Shown: positions 24,310-36,909, counted from the stretch's first letter. The stretch: 64,000 bases of DNA from Podarcis cretensis (GCA_951804945.1 OX638159.1:43276001-43340000), one strand, 5' to 3'. Notes: generated from the sequence alone by a model not told the origin. Program-made: numbers and translations.

Positions 24310-24380
24310 TTGCAGGGAATTGGACTAGATGGCTCTTGGGGCCCCTTCCAACTCTACAATTCTTTGATTCTATGATTCTA
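24310..24380 (+). mobile_element. CR1 LINE / CR1-tailed SINE 3' terminus
   Basis: TTGGACTAGATG..GGGCCCCTTCCAACTCTACAATTCTTTGATTCTATGATTCTA. Confidence 0.65.
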
Positions 24381-26697
24381 ACAAAATTCGCTTGCTTTCT
24401 ACATAAAAGTGACATTTTTGTAGCAACGTAGTCGTGTGCAAAGTAATCCTTGGGAAGTGGGCTGGGGGGGGGAGGGAACTCAGATCAACCCTCTCCTTTT
24501 CAACTCCCATAGGGTTTGGACTTGAGTCATTTTGAAAGAGTAAGCTCTTGCACAGCTCTCAGCCAGGTCAGTCTGTTTAGCAGACAACTAATGAGTGAAG
24601 GTTGCTTTAACGGAGTGAGCTAATGATAGTCCATTTCCCACCCCTTTTCTTCCTTACAGGGCACAATTGGCTTACAGCAAGGGGTTGCATCTATTTAGAG
24701 AGAACTGAATGAAGGGAATGATTCATGTTTATTCCCTTGTGGACAGTTGAGAGAATGTAGTCTATTCTTTGACTGGTATAATGGGGGCAACAAATGAAGA
24801 ATAAAATGCAAAATTGACCTTAAAAATTTTTTTTTAAAAAAAATCTAATTTCTGAAGAAACGCTTTTAAAGGGGAAACATTAGCAAGATTTTAAGGTAAA
24901 TAAAGTTGGTTTTATGATATGGATTTTGATCCCTTCCCCGTACTTGTTTGGAATCTAACTTCTGGTTAGCTGGCCAGCTGCCCTGAATCTTACTGACTCA
25001 GGAGTGGAAAGATTTACTTGTCCTTTGCCTATGAAAATGCAGCTGTTGTCGTGTCTTTTAGCATTTGCGTTTATTGAAAATGGCCTATCCCTCCCCCAAC
25101 CCAGCCAAAGCGCGGAAAAATAAAAATCCTATATAGAGGTGATTCATGACTTGCTGTCCTTGTAGGGGTATCCCAGGAGACAGGGCTACATGGTCTTGTA
25201 TAAGTTCATGAAGAAGGTAGCAGTCAGCAAATAAACTGTACCTGGAATACGAGACTCATGTTGGACCAAATACGTTCACAGGCAGTTGTCTGCATACAAG
25301 CTGTTTGCTGGGTTTTGGAGCAGATATTTACATAGGGCTTAACCATAATCTGTGCCGTTTGCATTGTGTTGACATGATCCCTTTGCTACAGAATTGCTTA
25401 CAGACTTAAACTATGTTTAAGTCTCCTTTAAACTTGTTGCCTAGCAATTTAAATAAATACTCCTATTACACACCCAATGGATACTATATGGCAGCATGTT
25501 ATCATATTGAGATTGTTTATATATATGTCTTAAGATAAGCAAAACAACATTGCTCTGAGCTGCCATGAACCCTTAACTTACAAATAAAGCAATAAGAGAA
25601 AGGGGAGGGGATGCAAATCTCCCAGCTGCCCATGGAAGCAGCCAGTAAGACAGAGCAAATGTGTTGCTGTCCCATGTCTTGCCAGGGTCTTGAAGATTTG
25701 GGCCATACATGCACCTTATAGTCCAAAGGTTGCTATGCCATATTTTGTAGCTAGTCTTAACATTCATACTGATGAAGTAATTTGTGGTATGTCAACCGCC
25801 TGGATGGGGGAAATGGGGAGAAGAAAAAAAGAACCCATTATCCATACTTATCCACCCAAACCTCCCTCTTTTGCCTGACTGGCAGCAATTCTTGCTCTCC
25901 GTAAGTAAGCTGGTAAATAGCTGTTTGCAAGCCAGGTTCGATATTTTTTCAGACAGATACATCTGTTCTCTGTTGCTAACGGGACTCTGTAAACAGATCC
26001 TTGAAGTTAATTTGGGAGTTAGCATGGAGGATACATGTTAGGAAAAGGTTGTCACTTTTATGTCCTACTTGCTGAGTACACAGAAGCATCTGGCTGGCTG
26101 ATGGTGGCAATAGAATGTTGAACCAAGTAGGCCTTCAGTCTGACCCAGCAAAACATTTGTGGGTGGGGTGATCCATCATTTGGGCCTAGTGAGCAGTACT
26201 AATGCTTCAACGATGCATGTTTTCTCTAAACTGAGCTCCTCTCCTGTCAACCATGTACACAACTCATGAGCTGAAATCTTTGGGGAGCATAAAACCAGCC
26301 AAAGTCTTTGGGATTATATGCCCTGATGGAGACTCCCATTCCACTGTATTATTTATTTCATAAAATTTACATACTACTTGATTGTAAAAAACCAACAACC
26401 TCAAAGCAGTTGGCTAATTGGAAGCAAGACAGGCCTAAATTGTGCCTCCAGTCAATGAAGTTTAATTTCCCAATATCTGTTAAATGGGATGCTGGGTCTT
26501 TGTGCTCTTTCTTTGTTACTCCTCCACCAAATAGTTGCTAGCACATGCAGGTGTAATTTCATGGGATTGCTAGGAGAAATCCCCTGGGATTTCCATTTGT
26601 GGCTTTCTGAGTTCCTTAGAGGAAGAGGAAGTCTGTACTTGGAGCTTATAATAAAGAGCAACCAGATTTCTGTATCAGAAATAGCTTGTGAGTTGTT

Positions 26698-26883
26698 TAG
26701 GGTTGCCATACATCCAGAATTTCCCGGAATACTGCAGTCAGAAGCAGTGTCCAGGCATAAATCGGCAAAATGCCCAGGAAAATCTAGGTGTATGGCAACT
26801 CATGTGGGCAGTCTCTTTTTTAAAACAAAAGCTCAACAAGCTTTGTGTCCAGATTTTCACTTTTTTGAAATATGGCAACACTA
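26698..26883. mobile_element. hAT (Blackjack-like) MITE
   Basis: TIRs TAGGGTTGCCATA / TATGGCAACACTA, with an internal TATGGCAAC repeat. TSD not recognisable. A partial related copy lies near 51677. Confidence 0.65.
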
Positions 26884-28381
26884 AATTATGCAAATTTATA
26901 TACATGGTGAATTTTAATAATTTTGTTTCTTCTGCACGTGGGAGGGGGGAGGGAATAAGCTCTATGGGGCACCAATGCCTCATCTCCTGTTGTGTAATGA
27001 TTCCTACTTGAATATTAGTAAATTTAAAAACTTAGCATTTTTGAACCATGTAGATAAAGTTGTGTGAAGGAGCCCAGTTTGCTCCCCCACCATGGCATGT
27101 AAATCAGTGTTCTTGGAAAGAAGAAGCAGGACTGAGTAGAGAAATCTCTCTTCTCTTCTGAGAGCTAAAAAGGAAGTGTATAAGGTTATACTGTGCGGCT
27201 TCTTCCCTTTTTTCACATGCTGCCCACAAACTCAATATAAGTGGGACATGCAACAAAATGCCACAAGCTGCATCGAAAGTGGCCTTTTCCCTCACTGTTC
27301 CCAGTATATTGAAGAGAAACAGAGGTGAAGCATTTGCTGAAATGAGCTGTTAGTGGATTTGATCTGCACAAGAGGCAAATGACATTTTTGATATAGGATG
27401 TGGCAATCTTTAATTAAATCCACGCATTAGTTGGAATTTTAACCTTTATCTCGGGTCTTGTGCTTGTAACATGTGCCAAAATATTAACATGATGTTGGCA
27501 ATCCAGGCACCCATTGTGTCCCTAGTTGGTGCAGAAAGAAGCCATCTTATTTGCTAATGGGGATTCCTCCCAACCCCAGAACCAGCTCTGGTGTAATTCT
27601 ATCAATCTTGAGCTGCCCCTTCAATTTAGATGCTCAAAGACTCGACAGGTTTGCTATTAACCTGAAGGCATGGGAGTTGCCAAAGAGATAGATGGCCACA
27701 TCTTTCTAGGCTATCTAGGTTTCTTTTTCCTTGAATGAAAGAATATATTTTCCCCATCCTGCTCAAAAGTAAGATGTAACAGTAGCTTGTGGGGCATTTT
27801 AAACAAAACTGAAAACCACCTCCCCAAGCACAACTTCTCTGAGTAAAATTGAGCCCCAAGCAGCTGCTTTTAAGTGTTCCTTTAAAAGAGAGAGATGCAA
27901 TCATGGCTCTGCCGTGTCATGTCTCTTTTGGCCCTAAGTGAAACAGAGATCTGTATCTATTTCCGTACTGTAATCTTTGTCTAATGGTAATAACCATTAC
28001 TTATTAGAGCCTATAAACCATGTTTTAGTCTTATTTGAAGTGCTTGAGGAGGCAACTCTGAATAATGATCATTTACTACTTCCACATGCATAAAATATAT
28101 CACAGTGGTTACGTTCTGTCTAATTGCTGGTTCAAAGCCAATCACTGAGCAACACAAGACCTAATTTTTGCACTGATTTATAAAGAGTACATAAATATTC
28201 TAGGTCTTCGTTTTCTGCATGATGGCTTTTTAAAACAGAACAGTACTTGTGTAGGAAAACCATGTACAAATTGTGCATGTAACTGCACATGTAACATTTT
28301 TGCTATCCTTTTCTTTGTGTGAGGCACCAGGCAAAAACTTTTTTCTATAGCCAGGCCTTTGGCTGATTGAATATTCTATGG

Positions 28382-28730
28382 CAGGGGTCAGCAAACTTTT
28401 TCAGCAGGGGGCCGGTCCACTGTCCCTCAGACCTTGTGGGGGTCGGACAAATTCCCTTTTGTTGGGGGGGAGGGAATGAACGAATTCCTATGCCCCACAA
28501 ATAACCCAGAGATGCATTTTAAATAAAAGCACATATTCTACTCATAGAAGACAGGAGTGCCTGGCGTGCTCTGGTCCATGGGGTCACGAAGAGTCAGACA
28601 CGACTAAACGACTAAACAACAACAAATTCTACTCATGTAAAAACACGCTGATTCCCGTACTGTCCGCGGGCCAGATTCAGAAAGCGATTGGGCCGAATCT
28701 GGCCCCTGGGCCTTAGTTTGCCTACCCATG
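28382..28730. mobile_element. Non-autonomous hAT-Charlie element
   Basis: TIRs CAGGGGTCAGCAAACT / AGTTTGCCTACCCATG. Perfect 8-bp TSD TTCTATGG at 28374-28381 and 28731-28738. Confidence 0.9.
28546..28625 (+). mobile_element. 5'-truncated Bov-B (RTE) LINE 3' end
   Basis: GCCTGGCGTGCTCTGGTCCATGGGGTCACGAAGAGTCAGACACGACTAAACGACTAAACAACAACAA. 11-bp TSD ATTCTACTCAT at 28535-28545 and 28626-28636. Confidence 0.85.
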
Positions 28731-29029
28731 TTCTATGGCCTTTTAAACGTGTTTGTGGGAAGGGGGTTATTGGTTTGTGTTTGTGTTTTATTATTATATT
28801 TTATGTTCTCATCTTGTATTTTTATGTTGTGATCTGCTCTGTGATCTTCAGATAAAGGGTAGTATACAACGTAATAATAGTAATTATTATTATAAATTGT
28901 TTTCATGTGTGACTGATGGACAGTGTACGGAAAGCTTTTACATTTTCCTTGTTTGCACTTTCCCTAGCAGAAAATAGCTTATGATGCTGTCCCATGGTGC
29001 CTTAGGAGTCTGCCTTGTTTCAACTTGAA

Positions 29030-29587
29030 GGCCATAGTTTTCTAGTTACAGGAAGTAGAAGTTCTACTTTATTCTGCATCAGTCAGACATCCTCTGGAGT
29101 ACTGTATCCAGTTCTGGGCCCTGCACTTTAAAAATGGGATATTTCAATTAGGAATAGGTTCAGGAAATGGCAACAAAGATATTCAGGGGTGTGGAAAGCA
29201 AGTCCTATAAGGAAATGTTTAAGGAACTGGGCATGTTTTGTCTTGAGAAGGCTATGGGGTGGGGCTGTGGAAGACCCAAAGGGTTATCACATAGAATAGG
29301 TGCCCCAGATGGCAGGACTTGATCTAATAGGTTTAAGCCAGGCATGGCCAAACTTGGACCTCCAGCTGGTTTGGGACTAGAATTCTCATCATCCGTGACC
29401 ACTGGTTCTGTTAGCTAGGGATGATGGGAGTTGTAGTCCCAAAACAGCTGTAGGGCCAAGTTTGGCCATGCCTGGGCTTAAGCTACAGGAGCCATTCAGC
29501 AGTGGAACCAGTTGCCTAGAGGGCTGTCCCTCACTCACAGTCTTCAAGCAGAGGCTGGATAACTATTGTAGTTCTGGATTTCCTGTG
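29030..29587 (+). mobile_element. CR1 LINE 3' fragment interrupted by a MITE
   Basis: CTGGAGTACTGTATCCAGTTCTGGGC...AAGGAACTGGGCATGTTT..TCTTGAGAAG...CAGCAGTGGAAC..CTTCAAGCAGAGGCTGGA, hallmarks of the CR1 ORF2 end and 3'UTR. Confidence 0.75.
29339..29474. mobile_element. Palindromic hAT MITE inserted in CR1
   Basis: TIRs CAGGCATGGCCAAACTTGG / CCAAGTTTGGCCATGCCTG. Flanks GGTTTAAGC / GGCTTAAGC form a near-identical target duplication. Confidence 0.85.
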
Positions 29588-30511
29588 TCAATATAGGATG
29601 AACCTATTTTCTTCTGGAATTGGAAGTCTTGGTGCTGGAGGTGGAGAGCTGACCTGTTGCATTATTATAACTGAAAGCAATTTTGGTGTGCTATATCCAC
29701 CTCTCTCCCAAAGAACTATGTGGTCTGACAGACACAGCCTCTTTATCTTTGCAGAAAATACTCTTAAAACTACAGTTTTCTTGCTGTTAATAATTACAAA
29801 TAAGAAACATAAGGCCACTTTTAATACCGCTTGCAGTCATTTTTGCGGTTTAAGGGAACAGCACCCCACATGCATTTATTTCTATTCAGAGCTGAGGGAA
29901 TGAAAACTGAATGTTTTCCTTTTCAGGCAAGTGGGGAACCTTTTTCAAACAGAGAGATGTATTCCCTCATGGGAAGCTTTCTGGGGGCCAGAGGCAAAAG
30001 TGGGTGGAGCAGTGGTTATTTATTCACTACATTTATATCTCACCTTTCCTAAATCTGTCTACTCCGAGTAAAAGTCAGTTGAATACAATCCATTATAACC
30101 TGTCACTGCAGCTATCTTTGATTTTAAATAGAGAAGAGTGGGCAGTAGTTGCATATGCTCTCTTGGATGGGTGGATCTTGGTCTAAATATTTTAAACTCT
30201 TAAAAAACACGCCTATAAATACCTTTGCAACCCTGCTAGCAGCAGTTTTTGTCTTTTGGGAAAGGATGCAGTTTCTAACATTTTTGGTTCCTTCTTCTTT
30301 GGCCAGTCAAATAGCAGTGGCGAGCTTTTATTTTACTTGATTGCCCACATTATAATTTGAATTGCTCTATCTGCACAGCTTCCTAATAAAAGCATTTAGC
30401 AATTATGTTAATATTTTATTAGCTGCCCCAAGAGTTACTGTTAAATGTAAGCATATAAATTGTAAAATAAACTAAATAAATATGTCATGTAAATGTAGGA
30501 TGTTTTATATT

Positions 30512-30571
30512 AGAGTGTGAAAGACTCGCTCACCTGTTTTATAACAGAGTGTGAAAGACTCGCTCACCTGT
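30512..30571. repeat. Short tandem duplication (AGAGTGTGAAAGACTCGCTCACCTGT x2)
   Basis: Two copies of a 26-bp unit, visible directly. Confidence 0.8.
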
Positions 30572-30997
30572 CCTATAGGCCCCATCATCCTTGACCATTG
30601 TTTATGCTGGTTGGGGCTGATGGGAATTGTAGTCCAACAGCCTTTGGTGGGCCATAGGTTTCTACCCTTGTCCTAAAATGAGGTGAAGTGTATGTAACTG
30701 ACAATGAATACTCATCTTACTCTTCAAAGCAATAGCATGAAGCTCTTACATGCAGCTCTGCATTAAGTGTGTTTCTGGACCTAATTCATGAAGTGGCTTT
30801 GCATTATCTTTATCATGCTGCCTGGAGTGCCCCATGAGTTCTTTAGCACACTACAGCCTATATGCAGTGCTACAGCAGCTGCAGTTGGGTATACAGGCTG
30901 ACAGTGACTGTGTACACACAGTGCCTATTCATTTCAATACCAATTATACTTAAGCAAAATTACCTGCCATGGTTGTCATTGCAAAAGATGTGCTTAT

Positions 30998-31002
<5 letters not shown>

Positions 31003-31056
<54 letters not shown>

Positions 31057-31180
31057 TTATTTATTTATTTATTTATTATTTATACCCCACCCAACTGGCT
31101 GGGTTTCCCCAGCCACTCTGGGCAGCTTCCAACAAAATATTAAATACAATAGTCCTTCAGATATAAAAAGCTTCCCTAAA
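31003..31180 (-). mobile_element. L2-type LINE 3' tip with expanded (AAT)n/(TTTA)n tail
   Basis: (AAT)n at 31003-31056, then TTTATACCCCACCCA..CTGGCTGGGTTTCCCCAGCCACTCTGGGCAGCTTCCAAC..AAAAGCTTCCCTAAA. Confidence 0.65.
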
Positions 31181-32072
31181 ATATATGACCTTTTCAAGTT
31201 AAAAAATATATAAAGGATTAATGGGACTCCAGAGTCATGGCTGTAAACATCAGGCATGGTCTGACGCACTGTCTCCAGTAGTTCTGCTTTTGGTTTGTTT
31301 GTAACCCCTATGGTGCTATAGAGAAGGGCCCCAAACCACATTGGATTAATTCTTAAGAAAAGCTTGAAAGCTAAAACATTATCTTGTACACCCCTTAATC
31401 TGGGCCCAATCCCCTACACACATTCATTTTCTCCCCAAAGTTCTGCCTTTCACTCAATCCCCATCAGAAAAGAGTTCTGAAAAATCTAACAGTGTGTTAA
31501 GTTCACACTGAGATCCAGTTTTATAAGCACAGATGATAAATCCCCCCTTCCCTACCTTCATGTAAGAGACTCATGAGAATATATCTCATCAGTGTTTGTT
31601 CAAAATATTTGTATACCACCCTTCATCTTGTAGATTCCATAGATTAGCTTACTTTATTCCTGTACAATCAGACTGGATGAGATGCTAGAAAAATAGGGTC
31701 CCTAGCACAGGAGAGAAGGTACTTCCTTTGTGAATTAGATACATGTAGAGCAAAGGAATCTCTGGAGGCCAAGTCACCAGAATTTGCTGTAAGGCAGGGT
31801 TGGGTTGGGTTAGGTCTGTTGAGGGCAGTGGACATAGGTGGAGCCAAAATGGTGCAGGGCACCTCCTTTGCTATTGAACACTTCCTCCCTCTAGCTTTCC
31901 CCATTTCTTCTCCTTGTCACCCACATGAAATTACTGATTGCCCTCCGTCGGGTTGCATGATGTAGACTGTGACAAAAGAACATTTGGGGAGGGGGAAATA
32001 ACACTCCTCTCGTCATGGCTGGAAAGAATTACTTGCTTACTACTGTTCCTCTTGTGATCAGATCTTCTAGAG

Positions 32073-32208
32073 CAGTGTTTCCCAACCTTGGGCCTCCAGC
32101 TGTTTTTGAACTACAATTCCCATCATCCCTGACCACTGGTCTTGCTAGCTAGGGATGATGGGAGTTGTAGTACAAAAACAGCTGGAGGCCCAAGTTTGGG
32201 AAACACTG
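32073..32208. mobile_element. Young palindromic hAT MITE (136 bp)
   Basis: 58-bp arms matching at 55/58 positions. Perfect 8-bp TSD TTCTAGAG at 32065-32072 and 32209-32216. Confidence 0.92.
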
Positions 32209-34134
32209 TTCTAGAGTATTAACAGTGACTCCCAAAATCCATTTGACTGCAACCTCTGCTTGTTGCAACATTTGTAAATGCCTTCCTTACCAAAAGCAGT
32301 TCATTCTCTGCTTCCACTTGGGTCTGTGGCTTCTTCTAAAAGGTGGTGCATGTGGGAGAAGTGGAGCATTTCACCAGAGAGTGGGAGGAACACAGTGCTC
32401 AGGATGTATGTGGTGAAGAGGCTGTGTTTTCATTATGAGTGAAAGCTTAACCACATTCTATAAACACATCTCGAAGGGAGCTGTGGGGGTATTCTAATTT
32501 AGCAAATTAAAGGCACTTTTAAGCGGAGACCACCAAAGGTAAAAAGCATCTGATACCTAAGGAAACGGCAGCCTTCAGAGAAGGACAAAAATGATAGTGG
32601 AGAAATTCAACTGCCATGCTGCTAATTTATGAATGTTCCTCCCTTTGCTCAGGGCCAGGCTGCATGTTACAGGGGCCTTGGCATTTGCATTTCTACGGCA
32701 GGCACTGCTGTAAGCACTTTCCACTTGTAGCGATTTGTGTCATCACTTTTCTGCTAGCAGGCTAGAAACACATCACATTATTCAGTTCGTAAGGCAAGTG
32801 CTTCTTAGGCCAGGGGTGGGTGACCTTTTTTAAAGGTGACCTTTTAGGCTCTGCTAGCCAGCATGCAGCAAGTGCCTCAACTTGTGGGACCTTGTTAACT
32901 TCACAGGCTGGAGTTTCTCTTTGAAACTGGGATCACTGGGCTCCAGTCCTGTTTGCTACAGCTGCTCTGCCGCTTCCAAGAATTTTCTTGCATCAAAGAT
33001 ATATGAAAATATATCATTAATTATAGTATTGTACTTATTTTGATGATTCTGGAGTACTGCTTGTATGTACTACATGCCTTGTAATAGCGAGTACCTTGTG
33101 ACTAATACAATCTGTTGTACTTTGCTTGCCATGTAGTCTTTGTATGCTGGCCTGGACCCGGTTTTTCTATTTGTGTCTGTTATACAGAGGGTTCCTTATT
33201 TTTGTGCTCAGCTGTCACCCTGGCAACCTCAGATTAGAAGGCCCAATCTTTTTGCAGGCCTACTCTGAAGGAAGCCCCATGGGTTTTAAAGCATTACTGT
33301 TGAAGTACACAAATACTTTTTTTAGTGTAACAAAGCAACGTAGCTGTTATTTTACTGGAAAGCAAGTTATTTACACATGCCCTACCGGTTTGTTCTGGGA
33401 CTGTGGGAATGGGTTTTTCCATCTCCAAACCTAGGGAAAGGCTGCCCTATTCATGTTGGAGCACTTACTACTTTTGGTGGTGACCATCCTGAAACTTCAG
33501 TCTGTTGGTTTAATGAATAGCTTGCCAGGGGGCAGGGAGAGGCAAAACGGTTGACTTAATGGAGGCTACAGGACTGTTTGTTGTTGTGTCAAAATGGGCA
33601 CATAACTAGAACTAGTTAGCCGTCTTTATGACTTGAAGCTGCCATATCACTTGTGTAAACAATAATAGGAGAAAAGGGCTGCCAATTAATGAATTGGTTG
33701 CGTGCATGTCAGCCTCCATGCATAAGCGGGTGTTTGTTTCATAGAATGCAGGGAGGGAGCGGCTGCTGTTGCTCTTTGTGATGACAAGGTAGGGGCCAGC
33801 CAAGCTCAAGCTGTTTATCTGAATTCAGAGAAGGAAGCAGTTAACCTCTCCTATCAGCTAACAGGCATGTAAATGAAAGTATGCATGTGCAACAAACAGC
33901 AGCAGCAGCTGCTCTTAAAGGAAAATCATCAGTTATTTGAAGTGACAGTGTTTGGTGTAGACGGCTCTGGAAGGCTCTTGTTGGCATTTGTCTGTATCAA
34001 GAGACAGTGGGGTGCGCCTCTGGAGGTGAAGTCAAACTGCTGGAGAATCACAGCACCTGCTGTGACTGCAGAGACCAGTAATTGCATTAGCAGCAACAAA
34101 GTGATTTCTCTGGGGCTGCCCAGATAACAAGACA

Positions 34135-34490
34135 CCCTCTCTCAGCCTCGCTGATGTGGTCCAAAGGAAAGCAGAGCAATACATTTGGCACCAGCTTGGC
34201 TGTGGGAGTTGCTGGAAGGAGGCATACAAGACACCATCCAGCCGTCTTAGGGATTCCACCCCAGATTTGTGTAGGGTTTACTCCTTAGCCTTCTGAAGAT
34301 GTCCCACAAGGCAGTGGGTATGGATTTCTACTCAGGGTTTACTCCCAGTCTCCCAAATGAGTATGGTCGTAAGGCAGTGGAGGCTTAGGATCAGTTTCCT
34401 TCTCCTTGATTGACTAGCTTCCCAGGTTGACAGGCGCCATCTGCCCCTCACTTCCCTCTACAGTACATGCAGAAACTGCTTCCTTGCTGT
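34135..34490. mobile_element. Interspersed repeat fragment, probably LINE-derived (RTE-like)
   Basis: GATGTGGTCCAAAGGAAAGCAGAGCAATAC...GTAGGGTTTACTCCTTAGCCTT...TCAGTTTCCTTCTCCT, recalled as a common squamate repeat. Family uncertain. Confidence 0.4.
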
Positions 34491-36685
34491 ATAGAGTTAC
34501 TAGTTCTTAGCCAGCTGCTTCATACAGCACTTGAGGTTGACTGAGGTGCTTATACAACTTGAAAACCCACTGATCTGGACTGTCACCAGCATTGTCCAGA
34601 AGAGATGAGCATTTGGATCCTCTTTTTCTTTTGGACTTGTACATCAGCTGCTTTTATTGTTGGTAGAATGAACAGCCCAACCTGTGCCTCTTGTCTCATT
34701 GCAGCCTAGCTCCACATCTTAAATAGCTGTGGCCCAAGTAGCTACTTTCCTAAAGTCCATGAATAAACATTAAATCCGAGTTTCCTGTTTTGCCATCTCA
34801 GCCTAGTTTTGTAGATACATTTCTGTTTTGGGGACAGCATTTTAATCATCAGTTCAGTTTTGACAGCTTGGCAAATAGCACGAAATCCTACCACCTAGAT
34901 TTGTGTCCCGGGCCCTCAAATATCTTTGCTTATGGACCACAATCTTCTAAGGGACTGTCTTAGGTCCCACCTTCTCTCCCACTCATAACCACATATACCA
35001 CCTTCCCTCTTATGTGTATAATGTTCCTCTGCCAACTACAGCAATTGCTTGCGTGTGGAAAAACCTTATTAGCAAAGGAATGCATTTTTCAATGTCTTCA
35101 GTGGAATTCCTAAGCTGGAAAGAAGGAAGTATGCCAGCTCTGTATTGCCAGCCTGCTCTTTTTAGACCACCAGCATGACTGCTGCCTCAAGTTCTCACTG
35201 GGACTAAATGATTTACATTGCTGTAGAAGTTAGTCTCAAAAACAAGCCTTGAGGAAACACAGTATTAGCCTTGAAACTGTACTGTGTAATTTTGCTATGT
35301 TGGACTTCAGCAGCAGCAGGAATTACCTACCTTTGCTGTTGATAGTGAACACACATGTATACATTTTTTAAAAATATGCCTGCAGACTGTCTTAGAAACT
35401 TCAGTTTTCTGTCAACAAAACATAGCTGGAATACAACTTTGGTCTGTGGAAAAACCTTTATCTGGTTTTCTAAACATTGCTCCATGCAGCTTTAAACTTC
35501 AGCTTTTTTTTAACCAGCAGAATGAAAGATTTGGATGCCAAAACTATGATGTAATAGCTGCTTTGAAAAACCGATTAGGCATTCCCCAAATATTTAACTT
35601 TGGAAAGTAGCACCTACTGCTCACATAGAGCATGCTCTGTGTATATATTCATTTACACAACCATAATGGTTCTAACAGGTACAAGGAATGGTTGAAGTTG
35701 TCTATGGGAGTGCTAGCCACAACCTGCATCCCATCAAGTCCAGTTACTGCCTGTTTTAGAAAAGGTTATGCCTTTGTTACAGGTCAGTCTGTGGATTATC
35801 CAAAACTTGATCTAGTTTGGTTTCATGGATTTGTTTTATTTTGAGTTTCTGCAGCATGAGGCAATAGATAAGGTACTTGGCTAAGTGCAGCCTCCTGTCT
35901 GTATTGTGGCTCATAACATCAAGCAGGGAGGAATTGACCAGTTGAATCCAGGGTGTAGTTCTGCAGGTGTCATCAGTGTGGTGTCCTTCAGATGTCGTCT
36001 ACTTAACTCCCATCAACTGCAGCCAGCCTTGCCAGTGGTCAGGAATGATGGGAAGACACCTCGGCTCTTCTCCTCCCCACCATCATCACCAGCTACAGCT
36101 GTTTCTCCTCTTCTACCTTACTGCCACCTGCTTGCTTGCCAAACGGGAAGCAGGCAGTGGCATTTGCTCCTCTGTTCTCTGGGCCAGAGCAAGAGGCAGG
36201 TGAACAGAAGGAGCAGGTCCACAGAGCTCTTGGCAGGGGGCTCCTTGCTAGACTATAGCCCATGGTAGATGCTAACCTGTGATGGCTCTGGAAATAATGA
36301 ATTGGTGTCTGGCATTAGTAATGGACTGTAAGGGATAAAAAACAAAACTCATTTCAGATCCGAGGGATATACTATTGATCCCAGTGCTGATGGACCATTT
36401 GTCTGCCTGGGAAAGTGATTTGAGCAGGCTGAGTTTGGAGATAAACTTGAGCGGCTTTGTCATACTAGCTGAGGCTGGTGTGCCAGCCGTGACTTGTCTC
36501 AGACAGACAGCTTGGCCATTGTTATCTATGCTCCAGAAACCTCCATTTTTGATGAATGCATTGTAAGTGGAGTTGCTTTCTAAGATTCAAATTAGTTCAA
36601 ATTCAGCTGCTCTGTTGCTGACTGACAGCAGGCAATGGTAAGGTAATGCAAGGCCTTAAACAAGTGTACTGGCTCCCAGTCTATT

Positions 36686-36737
36686 TCTAATCACATCTCA
36701 GGAGGGCTGATCTAATCACATCTCAGGAGGGCTGATT
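36686..36737. repeat. 25-bp tandem duplication (TCTAATCACATCTCAGGAGGGCTGA x2)
   Basis: Visible directly in the sequence. Confidence 0.85.
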
Positions 36738-36859
36738 ATACGATATTGTTTTAATTAGTGTTTTTATAGTTGTTCTGATTTTGAGTGGAGTGCCCTACCT
36801 GGGTGGATGGAGCAGCCAAGTAATTTTGTTGTCCCCGAGAGGGGGCAATGACAATAAAG

Positions 36860-36860
36860 A

Positions 36861-36909
<49 letters not shown>
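36860..36909. repeat. (TAT)n microsatellite
   Basis: Visible directly; produces the poly-Ile ORFs in the track. Confidence 0.92.

Larger units (their letters stand above)
28300..28893 (+). mobile_element. L2-type LINE 3' end hosting a nested hAT element
   Basis: GGCACCAGGCAAAAAC..CCAGGCCTTTGGCTG..TTCTATGG|CCTTTTAAA..GTGATCTTCAGATAAAGGGTAGTATACAA then (TAA)n. The sequence is continuous once the hAT insert is removed. Confidence 0.7.
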
